Program-made: the position numbers and the translations under genes
Shown: positions 1 to 10,001 of the stretch, in pieces
How positions within the stretch are numbered: position 1 is the first letter of the stretch
How the letters are laid out: every line of letters begins with the position of its first letter
Source of the DNA: an uncultured Planctomycetaceae bacterium
GTDB lineage: Bacteria; Planctomycetota; Planctomycetia; Planctomycetales; Planctomycetaceae
Assembly (NCBI GenBank): GCA_963815195.1
Contig: CAWFGE010000015.1
Location: forward strand, 512,001-576,000
Direction of reading: 5' to 3'
DNA length: 64,000 nucleotides
Notes under the pieces: model-generated
Told to the model about the DNA's origin: nothing
Databases searched by the model: none
What the model saw: only the letters and a program-made list of their open reading frames with translations

Positions 1-1
1 G

Positions 2-2566
2 CTGGGTCTGGAAGATGCGGTCCGGCTCGCGCTGATCCATCAACCCGACTACCAGCAGAACCTGGAAACGTTGTATCTCTCCGCCTTGGACGTGAGCACC
101 GAGCGGTTCCGCTTCGATACGCAGTTCTTCGGCACCGTGCTCCCGCTGTATCGAAACACCGGCCCTCTCGCGGGCCAGATCGTGCAGCGGCCGAACCAGA
201 TCGTCAGCAAAACGTTGAATTCCACCAGCCAGTGGGACAATGAATCCACCTTGACGGCCCAGCGGCAGTTGTCGACGGCGGGGCAGCTGCTCGTCGGCTT
301 TGCGAACAGCACGGTCTGGGAACTCGTGGGCCGGAACACGGACGTCAGCACGTCGGTGCTCAACTTCAGCTTCGTGCAGCCGCTCTTAAGGGCCGGCGGC
401 CGGGCGATCGCGCTCGAGCAGTTGACCATCGTGGAACGCGCGCTGCTGGCGAACCTGAGAGCCTTGGAACGCTACCGCAGAGGGTTCTTCACCAACATCG
501 CCGTCGGCACCGACGGCACGCGCGGCCCCAGCCGCCGCGGGGGGTTCTTCGGCGGCACGGGCCTGACCGGGTTCACGGGGACGGGCAGCGGCGGCTTCGG
601 CGGCGTCGGGGCGATCACGGGCTTCGGCGGCGGCTTCGGCGGCGGAGGCGCGGGCGGCACCGGCGGCGGGGCGGGAACCACGGGCTTTGCCGGCGGCGGG
701 GCCGGGAATGTGGGCGGCTATTTCGGCCTCCTGCAGCGGATTCAGCAGATCCGCAACAGCCAGCAAACCCTCGAATTGCAACTCACCACGTTGGAACTCT
801 TGGAAGATTTGTTCAAGGCCGGCTCGATCGATCGCGTCCAGGTGGATCAGTTCCGCCAAAACGTCGAGACCGAACGGGCCACCTTGCTGCAAGCCCAAAT
901 CAGTTTTCAAGACTCCCTCGAAAACTTCCTCGTCAACACCTTGGGTTTGCCTCCGGAACTGCCGGTGGAATTGAAGGAAGGCTTTATCGAGCCGTTGCGG
1001 TTTACGACCGGAGAAATGCTTAACGTGCAGAACCAATTGGTCCAGATTTTCACGGACTTCGGGAACGGGCCGCCTCAGTTCAGCGTCGAAGAATTCAAGG
1101 CATATTTCGAGCGAGCCGCCGAAGTCTTCCGGGAAGCGGACGGTCTCGCGGAATCCATCCGGGAAGACTTGAAAAAGCTCGACGAGCGGGCCGAGACCCG
1201 CAAAGTCACGATGACCGAAACGGAAAAGAAACTCTTCGACGAAGAGCGCCAAGGGCTCGAAGAGAGCTTGCAGGAGACGGTCGAACAGCTGAAAACCTTG
1301 GCGGCCACGTTGGACGGGCTGAAACAAAATGTCGGCACCGCCAATCCGAAGGAAATGGAAAAATCCTTCGTGCAACTCGTCAAGAACATGCAAGACCGGG
1401 TGGGCAGCTTGTTTCAGATTCAAGCCCAGGCGCGGCTGGAGAGCCTCACCGTCGAAGAAGTCTCCCTCGATCCGCAAAAGGCCCTGCAAATCGCCCGCAC
1501 CTATCGCTTGGATTGGATGAACAACCGGGCCGCGCTCGTGGACACCTGGCGGCTCATTCAGTTCAATGCCAACGCCCTCAAGTCCAACCTGTCGCTGCGG
1601 TTTGACGGGAACATGTCCACCATCGGCGGGGACAACCCCTTCAAGTTCCGCGATGAATCCGGAACCGTGCGGGCCTCGGTCCAGTTCGATCCGCCGTTCA
1701 CCCGGCTCGTCGAACGCAACAACTTCCGCCAGCAGTTGATCACGTATCAACAATCCCGCCGGCAGTTGATCCAGTTCCGCGACGGCGTGTACTTCAATCT
1801 CCGGCAGATCCTGCGGAGCATCAAACAGCTACGCGTGAACCTGGAAATCCAGCGGCGGGCGGTGGCCATCGCGATTCGCCGCGTGGAACTGACGCGGGCC
1901 TACCTCAATCAGCCGCCCGGCCCCGCGCCCATCGGAGCGACACAGGCCCCGTCGGGCGCCTTGGAATCCACGGCCTCTCTGAACCTGCTCAACGCCCTCT
2001 CGGACCTGCGGAACACGCAGAACAACTTCCTGAGCGTGTACCTCAACTATTACGCGGCCCGGATGCTGCTTATCCGGGAACTGGGGCTGATGCGGCTCGA
2101 TGAGAACGGCGTGTGGGTCGATGAGCCGCTCGATCTCGCCTTGGCCCAAATCCAGCAACTCGGCTGCGAAAACCTGCCGCCCGAGATCCCGGATGAATGG
2201 CTGAGTCCGAAACAGTTCCCGGACACGCTGCTCAACGCGATCCCGGAAGGCCTTGGGGTGGGAATGCCGGAATTGACGCCGCCCCCCGCGCCGGGAGAAG
2301 GACCCGCGCTGCCGAACGGCTCCGCGCCCGCCTCGCCCGACGACCAGGACGAGAAACCCCGCGCTCCGAGCGCCTCCGCTCTCCTCCTGCCGGCCCCGCG
2401 ATCCCGAGGAGATCATAAACGCCGAAGCCCATTTTCCGTAATCCCCTCCCGGGGCAAACTGTCCGCAAAATGGACTTTCGAGGGAGAATCGCCACGCGTT
2501 TTCCGGCGCGGGGCGATTCTCCCTTGTTTTTTCGCGAAATGCACCTGTTACTATCAAAATTGTTGA
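2..2566 (+). CDS. TolC-like outer membrane efflux protein, planctomycete type (5' partial)
   Basis: Frame is open from base 2 (LGLEDAVRLALIHQPDYQQNLETLYLSALDV...). OEP-like segments FSFVQPLLRAGGR and LLNALSDLRNTQNNFLSVYLNYYAARMLL, Gly-rich and coiled-coil inserts. First gene before HlyD and ABC genes. The extreme C-terminus may be frameshifted. Confidence 0.7.
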   Translation: MGLEDAVRLALIHQPDYQQNLETLYLSALDVSTERFRFDTQFFGTVLPLYRNTGPLAGQIVQRPNQIVSKTLNSTSQWDNESTLTAQRQLSTAGQLLVGFANSTVWELVGRNTDVSTSVLNFSFVQPLLRAGGRAIALEQLTIVERALLANLRALERYRRGFFTNIAVGTDGTRGPSRRGGFFGGTGLTGFTGTGSGGFGGVGAITGFGGGFGGGGAGGTGGGAGTTGFAGGGAGNVGGYFGLLQRIQQIRNSQQTLELQLTTLELLEDLFKAGSIDRVQVDQFRQNVETERATLLQAQISFQDSLENFLVNTLGLPPELPVELKEGFIEPLRFTTGEMLNVQNQLVQIFTDFGNGPPQFSVEEFKAYFERAAEVFREADGLAESIREDLKKLDERAETRKVTMTETEKKLFDEERQGLEESLQETVEQLKTLAATLDGLKQNVGTANPKEMEKSFVQLVKNMQDRVGSLFQIQAQARLESLTVEEVSLDPQKALQIARTYRLDWMNNRAALVDTWRLIQFNANALKSNLSLRFDGNMSTIGGDNPFKFRDESGTVRASVQFDPPFTRLVERNNFRQQLITYQQSRRQLIQFRDGVYFNLRQILRSIKQLRVNLEIQRRAVAIAIRRVELTRAYLNQPPGPAPIGATQAPSGALESTASLNLLNALSDLRNTQNNFLSVYLNYYAARMLLIRELGLMRLDENGVWVDEPLDLALAQIQQLGCENLPPEIPDEWLSPKQFPDTLLNAIPEGLGVGMPELTPPPAPGEGPALPNGSAPASPDDQDEKPRAPSASALLLPAPRSRGDHKRRSPFSVIPSRGKLSAKWTFEGESPRVFRRGAILPCFFAKCTCYYQNC

Positions 2567-2691
2567 TTTGAACGGTCGCCAGTCGCGGGTTTGGTGTTTA
2601 TACTATTCTTAGACAAAACTCACCCGATGACATCTTTCCTTTCCGGCCACCTTCGCCTTCCCGGGCCGAACCTCTCATCCAAGGTGCAACT

Positions 2692-4638
2692 ATGGCCAAT
2701 TCAGCAATTGATTCCGTGCACGAATCGGAAGCCCCCGAAGTCTCCCGCAAGCGGCCTTCCCTGGAACTGCCCAACCAACCCAAAAGCACCTCCGGCCGGC
2801 GGAGCGGCGGCAGCATGGCCCGCTGGTTTTTGGCCTTGGGCGTGGTCGGGGTGATGGGCACCGCGGCTTATACGCTCCCCCGATTTTCCAGCCTGGGAGC
2901 GTCGAGCCCGCAAGACCATTGGCTCACCGAACCCGCGGCCCGCAAACGGCTGATCCTTAAAGTCACCGAAGACGGCAATATCGAAAGCGCCAGCAACATC
3001 GATGTGAAATGCGAAGTCCTCGGCGGCAGCACAATTCTGTGGATCGTCGAAGACGGCAAGCGGGTCGAACAAGACGAAGTCATCGTCCGCCTGGACCAGT
3101 CGGCGATCGAGACGCAGCTCAGCACGCAAAAGATCGCGACCGAGAAAGCCGAGGCCATCAAAATCCAAGCCGAGCAGGATTACGAAGCCGCCAAAATCGC
3201 CGTCGAGGAATATCAAAAAGGCACCTTCGTGATGGACCAGCAGAACCTGGAAGCGTCGGTCAAGATCGCGTTGGAGAACCTGCGGGCCGCGGAGAATCTG
3301 TACAACCACACGGAGTCCATGTTCCGCAAAGGCTTTGTGACGAAGCAGCAACTCGAGTCCGACCAGTTCGGCATGCAGCGGACGGAATTGGAACTGAAGT
3401 CCGCCCAGACCGCTTTGAAAGTCCTCCGCGACTACACAAAAGACAAAATGCTCACCCAGCTCAAAGCCACCCGCGACGCCGCCGCCGCAAGAATGCGGTC
3501 GGAGCAGGCGGCCTTGGACCTGGAAAAGTCCAACCTGAAAAAGCTGGAGCAGCAGCTTGCCAAGTGCGTGATCCTCGCGCCCGCAGGATGGGATGGTGAT
3601 TTATGCCAACGAGCAGGGCCGGCGGTCCTCGAGCGAAGTGTCGATCGAGGAAGGGGCCGCCGTCCGCGAACGGCAGTCGATCATCAAGCTTCCGGACCTC
3701 AGCGCGGATGCAGGTCAAAGTCCCCGTGCACGAGACCAAAGTCGAGCAGATGGAAGTCGGCATGCCCGCCCGAATCACCGTGCAGGACCGCACCTACAAC
3801 GGCAAAGTCGTCGCGGTCGCCAATCAGCCCGAACCCAAGAACTGGTTCTCCTCCGACATCAAGCTGTATGCGACGACCGTGGCCATCGAAGGGGAAACCA
3901 AAAACCTCAAGCCGGGCATGACGGCGGCGGTGGAAATCTTCGTCGCGGACATTCCCAACGCCCTCACCGTGAACGTCTCCGCCGTGGTGGAGCAGGGCGG
4001 CAAGTTCTTCGTGTGGGTCGCCAAACCCGACAAGCCCGAACGCCGCCCCGTGCTCTTGGGCCGGACCGACGAAAACGTGGTCGAGATCAAAGATGGCGTT
4101 GTGGAAGGCGAGAACGTGCTGCTCAACCCGCGGGCGGTCGTCGCGGAAGCCCGCGAGGACGATGCGGTCGATGAGAGCACCAAGGACCTGCCCCAAGGCA
4201 TTCCCACCGGACCGGACGCGGGCACCGGTCAAGGAAAACCCGCCAAGCCCGCCGGCCCGCCGAAGTTCTCGGACCTCGACAAAAACAAAGACGGCAAATT
4301 GACCGAGGACGAAGCCCCCGAACGGATGAAGCAAAACTTCAGCCGATTGGACACCGACAAAGACGGCTCTGTCAGCCCCTCCGAATGGGCCGCCATCCAA
4401 CGCCGCCGGCAACAAGGCGGCGGACCAGGTGGACCAGGCGGTGGTGGACCCGGCGGTCGCCCAGGCGGACCAGGTGGTCGTCCCGGCGGTGCCGGAGCAG
4501 CAGGCGCGCAGCAGCGGCGCTGGAGCAGCAGGCGCAGCAGGTGCCGGAGCAGCAGGTGCCGGAGCAGCAGGCGCCGGAGCAGCAGGGCGGAGCGGGCGCC
4601 GGCGGATTCCGAATGGTCAAGCGAGTCGAGCCGCGTGA
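2692..4638 (+). CDS. Efflux periplasmic adaptor (HlyD/MacA family) with C-terminal EF-hand pair and Gly-rich tail; split by frameshifts
   Basis: TM anchor, barrel-sandwich segment IDVKCEVLGGSTILWIVEDGKRV, coiled coil, LKPGMTAAVEI, EF-hand loops DLDKNKDGKLTEDE and DTDKDGSVSPSE. Joined from ORFs 2692-, 3593-, 3603- and 4429-4638 with shifts near 3585, 3705 and 4505. Confidence 0.8.
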
Positions 4639-4765
4639 GCAATCGGATGAGCATCACCCCATTGCTCGCGCGGCGATCGACACCAGGATGGTCCCCACTC
4701 GCCCAATCTCCCCCTCGCCCAATCTCCCGCTCTCCCAATCTTGTTTCTCCCCAAGGGGACTTCGC

Positions 4766-6094
4766 GTGTTGTTCGGTTTTCTTCGAGCGTTAAGGTTCGG
4801 CTTCAAAAGCTTGCTGGTGCACAAGCTCCGCTCGGGCCTCGCCATGCTGGGGATTCTCATCGGCGTCACGGCGGTCATCTGGCTCGTCGCCTTGGGCGAA
4901 GGCGTGAGCTATCAAGCCCAGCAGCAGATCAAGGAACTCGGCGCGACCAACATCATCATCAAAAGTGCAAAGCCCTCGCTCACCAGCAGCGGCGGCGGCG
5001 GCGGAGCCTTTATCATTGAATACGGCCTCAAACGCCGGGACTTCGACCGCATCGTTCGCCTGCCCACCGTCCTGCGAGCCGTCCCCATGCGGGAAATCCG
5101 CCGGGAAGCCTGGTACGGAGAGCGAAGCCGCGACATCCAGCTCATCGGCTGCACGCCGGAGTATTTCGAGATCAACCGCCTGGAGATGGACCACGGCCGG
5201 TTTCTTTCGGACCGCGATCTGGACCGCAACGACAACGTCTGCGTCATCGCCGCGGGAGCCGCCGAGCATTTCTTCCCTTACGAAAACCCCGTCGGCCGCC
5301 GACTGCTGATCGATGAGGATTACTACACCATCATCGGCCAGACCAAAAACCGCCAAGCCAGCGCTTCCATCGGCGGCAGCTTCGAGGGCCGGGATTACAA
5401 CTTCGACGTTTATATTCCGCTCACCACGCTCCGGGTCCGCATCGGCGATCAGGTCATCACCAGCAGTGCCGGCAGCCGGGAAGGGGAACTGGTCGAGCTC
5501 AGCCAGATCACCGTCACCGTGGACGACATCGACCATGTTGAAGAAACCGCCGACATCGTGGAGATCCTCCTCGAGAAGTTTCACAAAGATTTGGATTACT
5601 CGGTCACCGTCCCCAAGGAACTCCTCAAGCAGGCCGAGATGGTGCGAATGATGTTCAACGTCCTCTTGGTGTTGATCGCCGGCATCTCGCTGGTCGTGGG
5701 CGGGATCGGGATTATGAACATCATGCTCGCCACCGTGACGGAGCGGACGCGGGAGATCGGCATCCGCCGGGCCTTGGGCGCGAAACGCTGGGACATCACC
5801 GTGCAGTTTCTCGCCGAGACCATCGTGCTCGCCGCGGTGGGCGGGCTGTTGGGCGTCGTGTTCGGTTTCCTGTGCGGCGCCACGGTCCGCGGCGTCAAGT
5901 ACCAGTTTCAAAACTGGCTGCCCGAGTATTGGGAAAAACTGCCGCCGACGATCCGCGACCTCGAACCGATGATCGCCACCTGGTCGGTGGTGGCCGCCTT
6001 TGGGATTTCCGTGGGCGTGGGCATCTTGTTCGGCCTGTATCCCGCCCGCCGAGCCGCCCGCATGGACCCCATCGAAGCCCTGAGACACGAATAA
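4766..6094 (+). CDS. ABC transporter permease, MacB/FtsX family
   Basis: HKLRSGLAMLGILIGV and GGIGIMNIMLATVTERTREIGIRRALGA motifs, ending PARRAARMDPIEALRHE. GTG start at 4766 after AAGGGGA. Confidence 0.93.
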   Translation: MLFGFLRALRFGFKSLLVHKLRSGLAMLGILIGVTAVIWLVALGEGVSYQAQQQIKELGATNIIIKSAKPSLTSSGGGGGAFIIEYGLKRRDFDRIVRLPTVLRAVPMREIRREAWYGERSRDIQLIGCTPEYFEINRLEMDHGRFLSDRDLDRNDNVCVIAAGAAEHFFPYENPVGRRLLIDEDYYTIIGQTKNRQASASIGGSFEGRDYNFDVYIPLTTLRVRIGDQVITSSAGSREGELVELSQITVTVDDIDHVEETADIVEILLEKFHKDLDYSVTVPKELLKQAEMVRMMFNVLLVLIAGISLVVGGIGIMNIMLATVTERTREIGIRRALGAKRWDITVQFLAETIVLAAVGGLLGVVFGFLCGATVRGVKYQFQNWLPEYWEKLPPTIRDLEPMIATWSVVAAFGISVGVGILFGLYPARRAARMDPIEALRHE

Positions 6095-6097
6095 GGA

Positions 6098-6341
6098 TTT
6101 TGAGAGCCGCGCACAAAGTAAGCGGTTTTGAGAGCCGCGCACAAAGTAAGCGGTTTTGAGAGCCGCGCACAAAGTAAGCGGTTTTGAGAGCCGCGCACAA
6201 AGTAAGCGGTTTTGAGAGCCGCGCACAAAGTAAGCGGTTTTGAGAGCCGCGCACAAAGTAAGCGGTTTTGAGAGCCGCGCACAAAGTAAGCGGTTTTTTA
6301 GATTGATCGATCGCCGTACCGCTGACTTCGTGCGCGGCTCT
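6098..6341. repeat. Seven perfect tandem copies of the 28-bp unit TTTTGAGAGCCGCGCACAAAGTAAGCGG (6098-6293) plus one inverted arm (6318-6341)
   Basis: Period of 28 counted directly. ACCGCTGACTTCGTGCGCGGCTCT is the near reverse complement of the unit. The same arm pair occurs at 45875-45946. Confidence 0.95.
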
Positions 6342-6416
6342 GGCGTCTTTTGGAACGACCGAGTTCATACGACGAACGAGTTGTAAAACTTCTAACACCC
6401 CAACAATTGCGAACTC

Positions 6417-7115
6417 ATGCGATTAGCCGGTCAAGTTGTCGATCTCCACAAGTATTACTTCCTCGGCGATGTGGTCGTGAAGGCGCTCGACGGCGTCACG
6501 GTCGACTTTCCCGAAGGCGATTATGTCGCGCTCATGGGAACCTCCGGCAGCGGGAAGAGTACGCTGCTCAATCTGCTCGGCGCGCTCGATCGGCCCACGA
6601 GCGGAACCTACGTCCTGGCCGGGCACGATGTCTCCACGCTCAGCGATGATGACCTCTCCGACATCCGCAACCAGTGGATCGGGTTCATCTTCCAATCGTA
6701 TAACCTGATTGCCCAATACACCGTCCTCGAAAACATCCAGGTCCCGCTGCAATACCGGCCCGGCCATCCGCCGATCTCCGCCAAAGACATCAACTATTGC
6801 ATCGACCTGGCCTCCTCGCTAGGCCTGGGCGATCGTCTGGATCACCGGCCCAGCCAACTCTCCGGCGGCCAGCAACAGCGCGTCGCCATCGCCCGGGCTT
6901 TGATCAACGACCCGGCGATCATTCTCGCCGACGAACCCACCGGGAACCTCGACAGCAAGACGGGCGAGGAGATCATGGGCATCATGCAGCACCTGAACAA
7001 CGAGGGCCGGACGATCATCATGGTCACCCACGAACCCGACATCGCCCGCCACGCCAACCGCCAGCTCTACATGCGCGACGGCCGAATCGCCGGCGAAGGC
7101 ATCTTCCCGGGCTGA
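6417..7115 (+). CDS. ABC transporter ATP-binding protein (LolD/MacB type)
   Basis: Walker A GTSGSGKS, signature LSGGQQQRVAIARAL, ILADEPTGNLD, VTH. Confidence 0.95.
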   Translation: MRLAGQVVDLHKYYFLGDVVVKALDGVTVDFPEGDYVALMGTSGSGKSTLLNLLGALDRPTSGTYVLAGHDVSTLSDDDLSDIRNQWIGFIFQSYNLIAQYTVLENIQVPLQYRPGHPPISAKDINYCIDLASSLGLGDRLDHRPSQLSGGQQQRVAIARALINDPAIILADEPTGNLDSKTGEEIMGIMQHLNNEGRTIIMVTHEPDIARHANRQLYMRDGRIAGEGIFPG

Positions 7116-7187
7116 TCGCCGATTGCAGTTTCCCCCTTGTTCCGCGCGGGGCCGGGGCGTACAAGAGCGGAGTTACACGCCCCGCTC

Positions 7188-7300
7188 GGGTGCCACTGGC
7201 AACTTGTTGCCAGTGCCTTTGCCCAGGTTTTTGACGCAGGTTTTTTCGATATCGAGTTTGGATTAAAAAAAACACTGGCAGCAAGCTGCCAGTGGCACCC
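7188..7300. repeat. ~112-bp REPIN/MITE-like element, GGGTGCCACTGGCAACTTGTTGCCAGTG family, copy 1
   Basis: Terminal inverted arms GGGTGCCACTGGCAACTTGTTGCCAGTG and CACTGGCAGCAAGCTGCCAGTGGCACCC. Internal sequence shared with copies at 7449 and 8531. Confidence 0.85.
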
Positions 7301-7448
7301 GGCGGTCCCTGGTGGCACAGTCAAATTCTCCGACACAACGGTCTTGCCGGGCCGGTTCCAAATCCGCATCGGTCGAACGCTCTTCGACGTAACGCAAAAC
7401 CGAATCATCGTTGACGGAAAAGAGTACAATTGGCGAAGGCCATAGCGC

Positions 7449-7560
7449 GGGTGCCGCTGGCAACTTGTTGCCAGGGCCTTCGCGGAGCTTCCCAACGGAC
7501 GTTTCTCAGGCGTCGAATTTGAATGGAAAAAACAGAGCCAGCAAGGTGCCAGCCGCATCC
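7449..7560. repeat. Same REPIN/MITE family, degenerate copy 2
   Basis: GGGTGCCGCTGGCAACTTGTTGCCAGGG ... GCCAGCAAGGTGCCAGCCGCATCC, same length as copy 1. Confidence 0.75.
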
Positions 7561-7600
7561 ATCGGGCAGTTTTTGTTACAATCCGGGAAAGGAGATCGCC

Positions 7601-7846
7601 ATGATCGAACTCACCGAAGAGCAAAGCCAAGAGCTCTTGGCACCCGAACCCGTCGCCGTCGATCCGCAAACGAACACGAAATACGTGTTGGTGCGCCAGG
7701 AAGTCTATGAGCGTCTGAAGGGACTAATCGCGATGGATGATTACGACCCTGACGAAGGGGCGGCGTACATCAATGAGATCATGGCCAAGGACGACGCCAA
7801 AGATCCGTACTTGGAAAGCTACCAACATCACCGGAAAAACGCATGA
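7601..7846 (+). CDS. Putative antitoxin (small acidic protein, weakly Phd/YefM-like)
   Basis: ATG after AAAGGAG. ATGA overlap with the downstream PemK/MazF gene. PVAVDPQTNTKYVLVRQEVYERL segment. Confidence 0.7.
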   Translation: MIELTEEQSQELLAPEPVAVDPQTNTKYVLVRQEVYERLKGLIAMDDYDPDEGAAYINEIMAKDDAKDPYLESYQHHRKNA

Positions 7847-8193
7847 AGCGGGGTGACATCGTCCTCGTGCCTTTCCCTTTCCAGGACAAACTGGCGGAGA
7901 AGATCCGGCCTGTGGTCGTGGTGCAGTCGGACGCGGAAACGGGGCGTCTGATCAACACGATCGTTGCGATGATCACGGGCAATACGGATGACGCCGGTCA
8001 ACCGACGACGCTTTTGGTCGATCCTTCGACGCCCGAAGGGGCAGGATCGGGTTTGGCCGGCCCGTGTCTCATCAAAGCCTATTACTTGGCCACGGTGCGG
8101 CAGAATCGCGTCATCGCGACTTTAGGGTATCTCTCGGACGTTTTAAAAAACAAACTCGACGCCTGCCTAAAAGCGGCCCTGGATTTGCCTTGA
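7843..8193 (+). CDS. Type II toxin, PemK/MazF family
   Basis: MKRGDIVLVPFPF...KIRPVVVVQSD...IVAMIT, ending LKAALDL. Confidence 0.9.
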   Translation: MKRGDIVLVPFPFQDKLAEKIRPVVVVQSDAETGRLINTIVAMITGNTDDAGQPTTLLVDPSTPEGAGSGLAGPCLIKAYYLATVRQNRVIATLGYLSDVLKNKLDACLKAALDLP

Positions 8194-8243
8194 CCGCGCC
8201 CTAATACAACCTATAAACGTTCGAGCAAATAGAGATTTATACC

Positions 8244-8516
8244 GTGTACGACCTGGAGCGAGTTGGGAACCTCGTGGAGGCTGGTCTTTGGGCCGCGGTG
8301 GCTTGTGTTTGCCTCGTGCAGGCGTGTCGTGTCCGGGGGCGTCTCCGGCGCGTGTTCGCCGGGCTCTCGATTGCCTTTCTTGCTTTCGGCGCTTCCGATG
8401 TTGTCGAGGCACACACGGGCACTTGGTGGCGACCGGTCTGGTTGCTGGTCTGGAAGGGCATGTGTCTGACGGCCATTGGCCTCGGATTTTGGCAGTATTA
8501 CCGGATCAGTAAGTAG
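8244..8516 (+). CDS. Small membrane protein (hypothetical)
   Basis: Three hydrophobic segments; FGASDVVEAHTGTWWRPVWLLVWK. Confidence 0.6.
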   Translation: MYDLERVGNLVEAGLWAAVACVCLVQACRVRGRLRRVFAGLSIAFLAFGASDVVEAHTGTWWRPVWLLVWKGMCLTAIGLGFWQYYRISK

Positions 8517-8530
8517 GGCTTCGTGCGCTC

Positions 8531-8632
8531 GGGTGCCACTGGCAACTTGTTGCCAGTGCCTTCGCCGAGCTTTTTGACGCACGTTTTTCCGATATTGAGT
8601 TTGGGTTAAAAAAAACACGGGCAGCAAGCTGC
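8531..8632. repeat. Same REPIN/MITE family, copy 3 (right arm truncated)
   Basis: Highly similar to 7188-7290 over its full length. Confidence 0.85.
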
Positions 8633-8795
8633 GGAGTTTTCGGGCGTCGTCCCGGAAATGTGTTGGATCCGTGGATTCGTGTCTGGTAGGCTTTGAGATA
8701 TTGTCGAGCCCACTGGAAAGGTATCCGCAAAACGGGATCCTCTGCATCCGTGGCTCCAACACCCTGCCGGTCCCCAATTGGAAAAGGAGAACGCA

Positions 8796-9113
8796 ATGAA
8801 AAGGCTCGTCTCGATGGTGGCGTTTCTTGCCGTCGTTTGTTCCGCGATGACGCTGTCGGCCGCGGAAAAGCGGCCGGAAGTTCTCGCCGTCATTTTGAAA
8901 GTCAATGAACCGGGGACAATCAGCTTGGCGATAAGCGTCGGCAGCGACGATGGCGTAAAAGCCGGCGATGTCTTTGCCGTTTACCGAGGCAAGAAGGACT
9001 TGGGCAAGGTGAAGATTACGAAAGTCACCCCCGGCCAATCGGCTGCGAAGATTACGAAGTTGGAAGAGGGCCAGAAACTCCAAAGGGGCGACTTTGCGAT
9101 TCGAAGGCGCTGA
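8796..9113 (+). CDS. Secreted small beta-barrel protein (FlgT C-terminal-like)
   Basis: Signal peptide MKRLVSMVAFLAVVCSAMTLSA; ISVGSDDGVKAGDVFAVYR motif; RBS AAAAGGAG. Confidence 0.65.
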   Translation: MKRLVSMVAFLAVVCSAMTLSAAEKRPEVLAVILKVNEPGTISLAISVGSDDGVKAGDVFAVYRGKKDLGKVKITKVTPGQSAAKITKLEEGQKLQRGDFAIRRR

Positions 9114-9421
9114 CACAAATTGGCGGACGATGCGTTGCCCGCGTCTTACCGCGAGAACGAGCGAGGACGAAAATGAACTCGAAACCGCGGGAATCCGACT
9201 GGAAGATCGTCTCGTCGGGGAAAACCGCAGGGCCAGCCTTGGGATCTCAGGATTTTGCCTATACTCTAAACCCGGCATATCTTGCGAAATCGACATATTG
9301 TGCGCAATCTCGCTATTTCCGTATTGACACCCAGGTTAGGCAGGGTAACTTGAGCGCCGGGTTCTAAACTTCACTGTGGTGCCCAACGAATCCCTTTCTA
9401 ACAAACTGAGGAGAGAGACTT

Positions 9422-9913
9422 ATGGCGCGGAAATTTCTGTTGTTAGCCGGTCTGGGCGTCTTGGCCTTTGTGGTGTCCCAATTCCAAAGCCAACCGGCAA
9501 TGGGCGACTTTGACGATGATGACTTCGGCGGCTACTGCGGCCATGGCGGCTATTGCGGCGGCTATGGTGGCTATTGCGGCGGTTACGGCGGGTATTGCGG
9601 CGGCTATGGTGGATACCGTGGGCCGGTCTGCCACACGGGGTATTATGGCGGCTCTGGCTACGGCGGATGCTCGTCGTCGTGCGGCTATGGGTATTCTCCA
9701 GGCCCCTATAGCGGCTACGGCCCGGCGACTTATCAGTATCAGCCCACTCGCAGTTGGAACGCTTGCGGCACCACCTGCGCGGCCCCGGCAGTCAACTGTT
9801 GCACGCCCGCGCCGACCTGTTCCAGTCCCGCCCCGAGGACCGTCCCGGCCTCCTATTCCGGCGGTTCAGGCTATCGGGCGATGCCGGCTTATTGGAATGT
9901 TCCTCCGTTTTAG
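9422..9913 (+). CDS. Secreted Gly/Tyr/Cys-rich protein with GGYCGGY repeats
   Basis: Signal peptide ending PAMG, acidic DFDDDDF, repeated GGYC/GGY; RBS GAGGAG. Confidence 0.75.
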   Translation: MARKFLLLAGLGVLAFVVSQFQSQPAMGDFDDDDFGGYCGHGGYCGGYGGYCGGYGGYCGGYGGYRGPVCHTGYYGGSGYGGCSSSCGYGYSPGPYSGYGPATYQYQPTRSWNACGTTCAAPAVNCCTPAPTCSSPAPRTVPASYSGGSGYRAMPAYWNVPPF

Positions 9914-9941
9914 GAACCCGCTTTGAGCCACACCGAATTCG

Positions 9942-9981
9942 AAAAACCCTGGCGGAGCGATTCCATCCCGCCAGGGTTTTT
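9942..9981. terminator. Rho-independent terminator, probably bidirectional
   Basis: AAAAACCCTGGCGG...CCGCCAGGGTTTTT between convergent genes. Confidence 0.75.
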
Positions 9982-10001
9982 CTTCGGTTGGCGTCCGTTG
10001 T

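Noticed and set aside
4420..4590. 9- to 15-bp tandem repeats
   Set aside because: They encode the Gly/Ala/Pro low-complexity tail of the adaptor protein.
6098..6293. CRISPR array (GTTTTGAGAGC resembles the start of type II repeats)
   Set aside because: Units are head-to-tail with no spacers, there are no cas genes, and the unit is a REPIN arm also seen at 45875.
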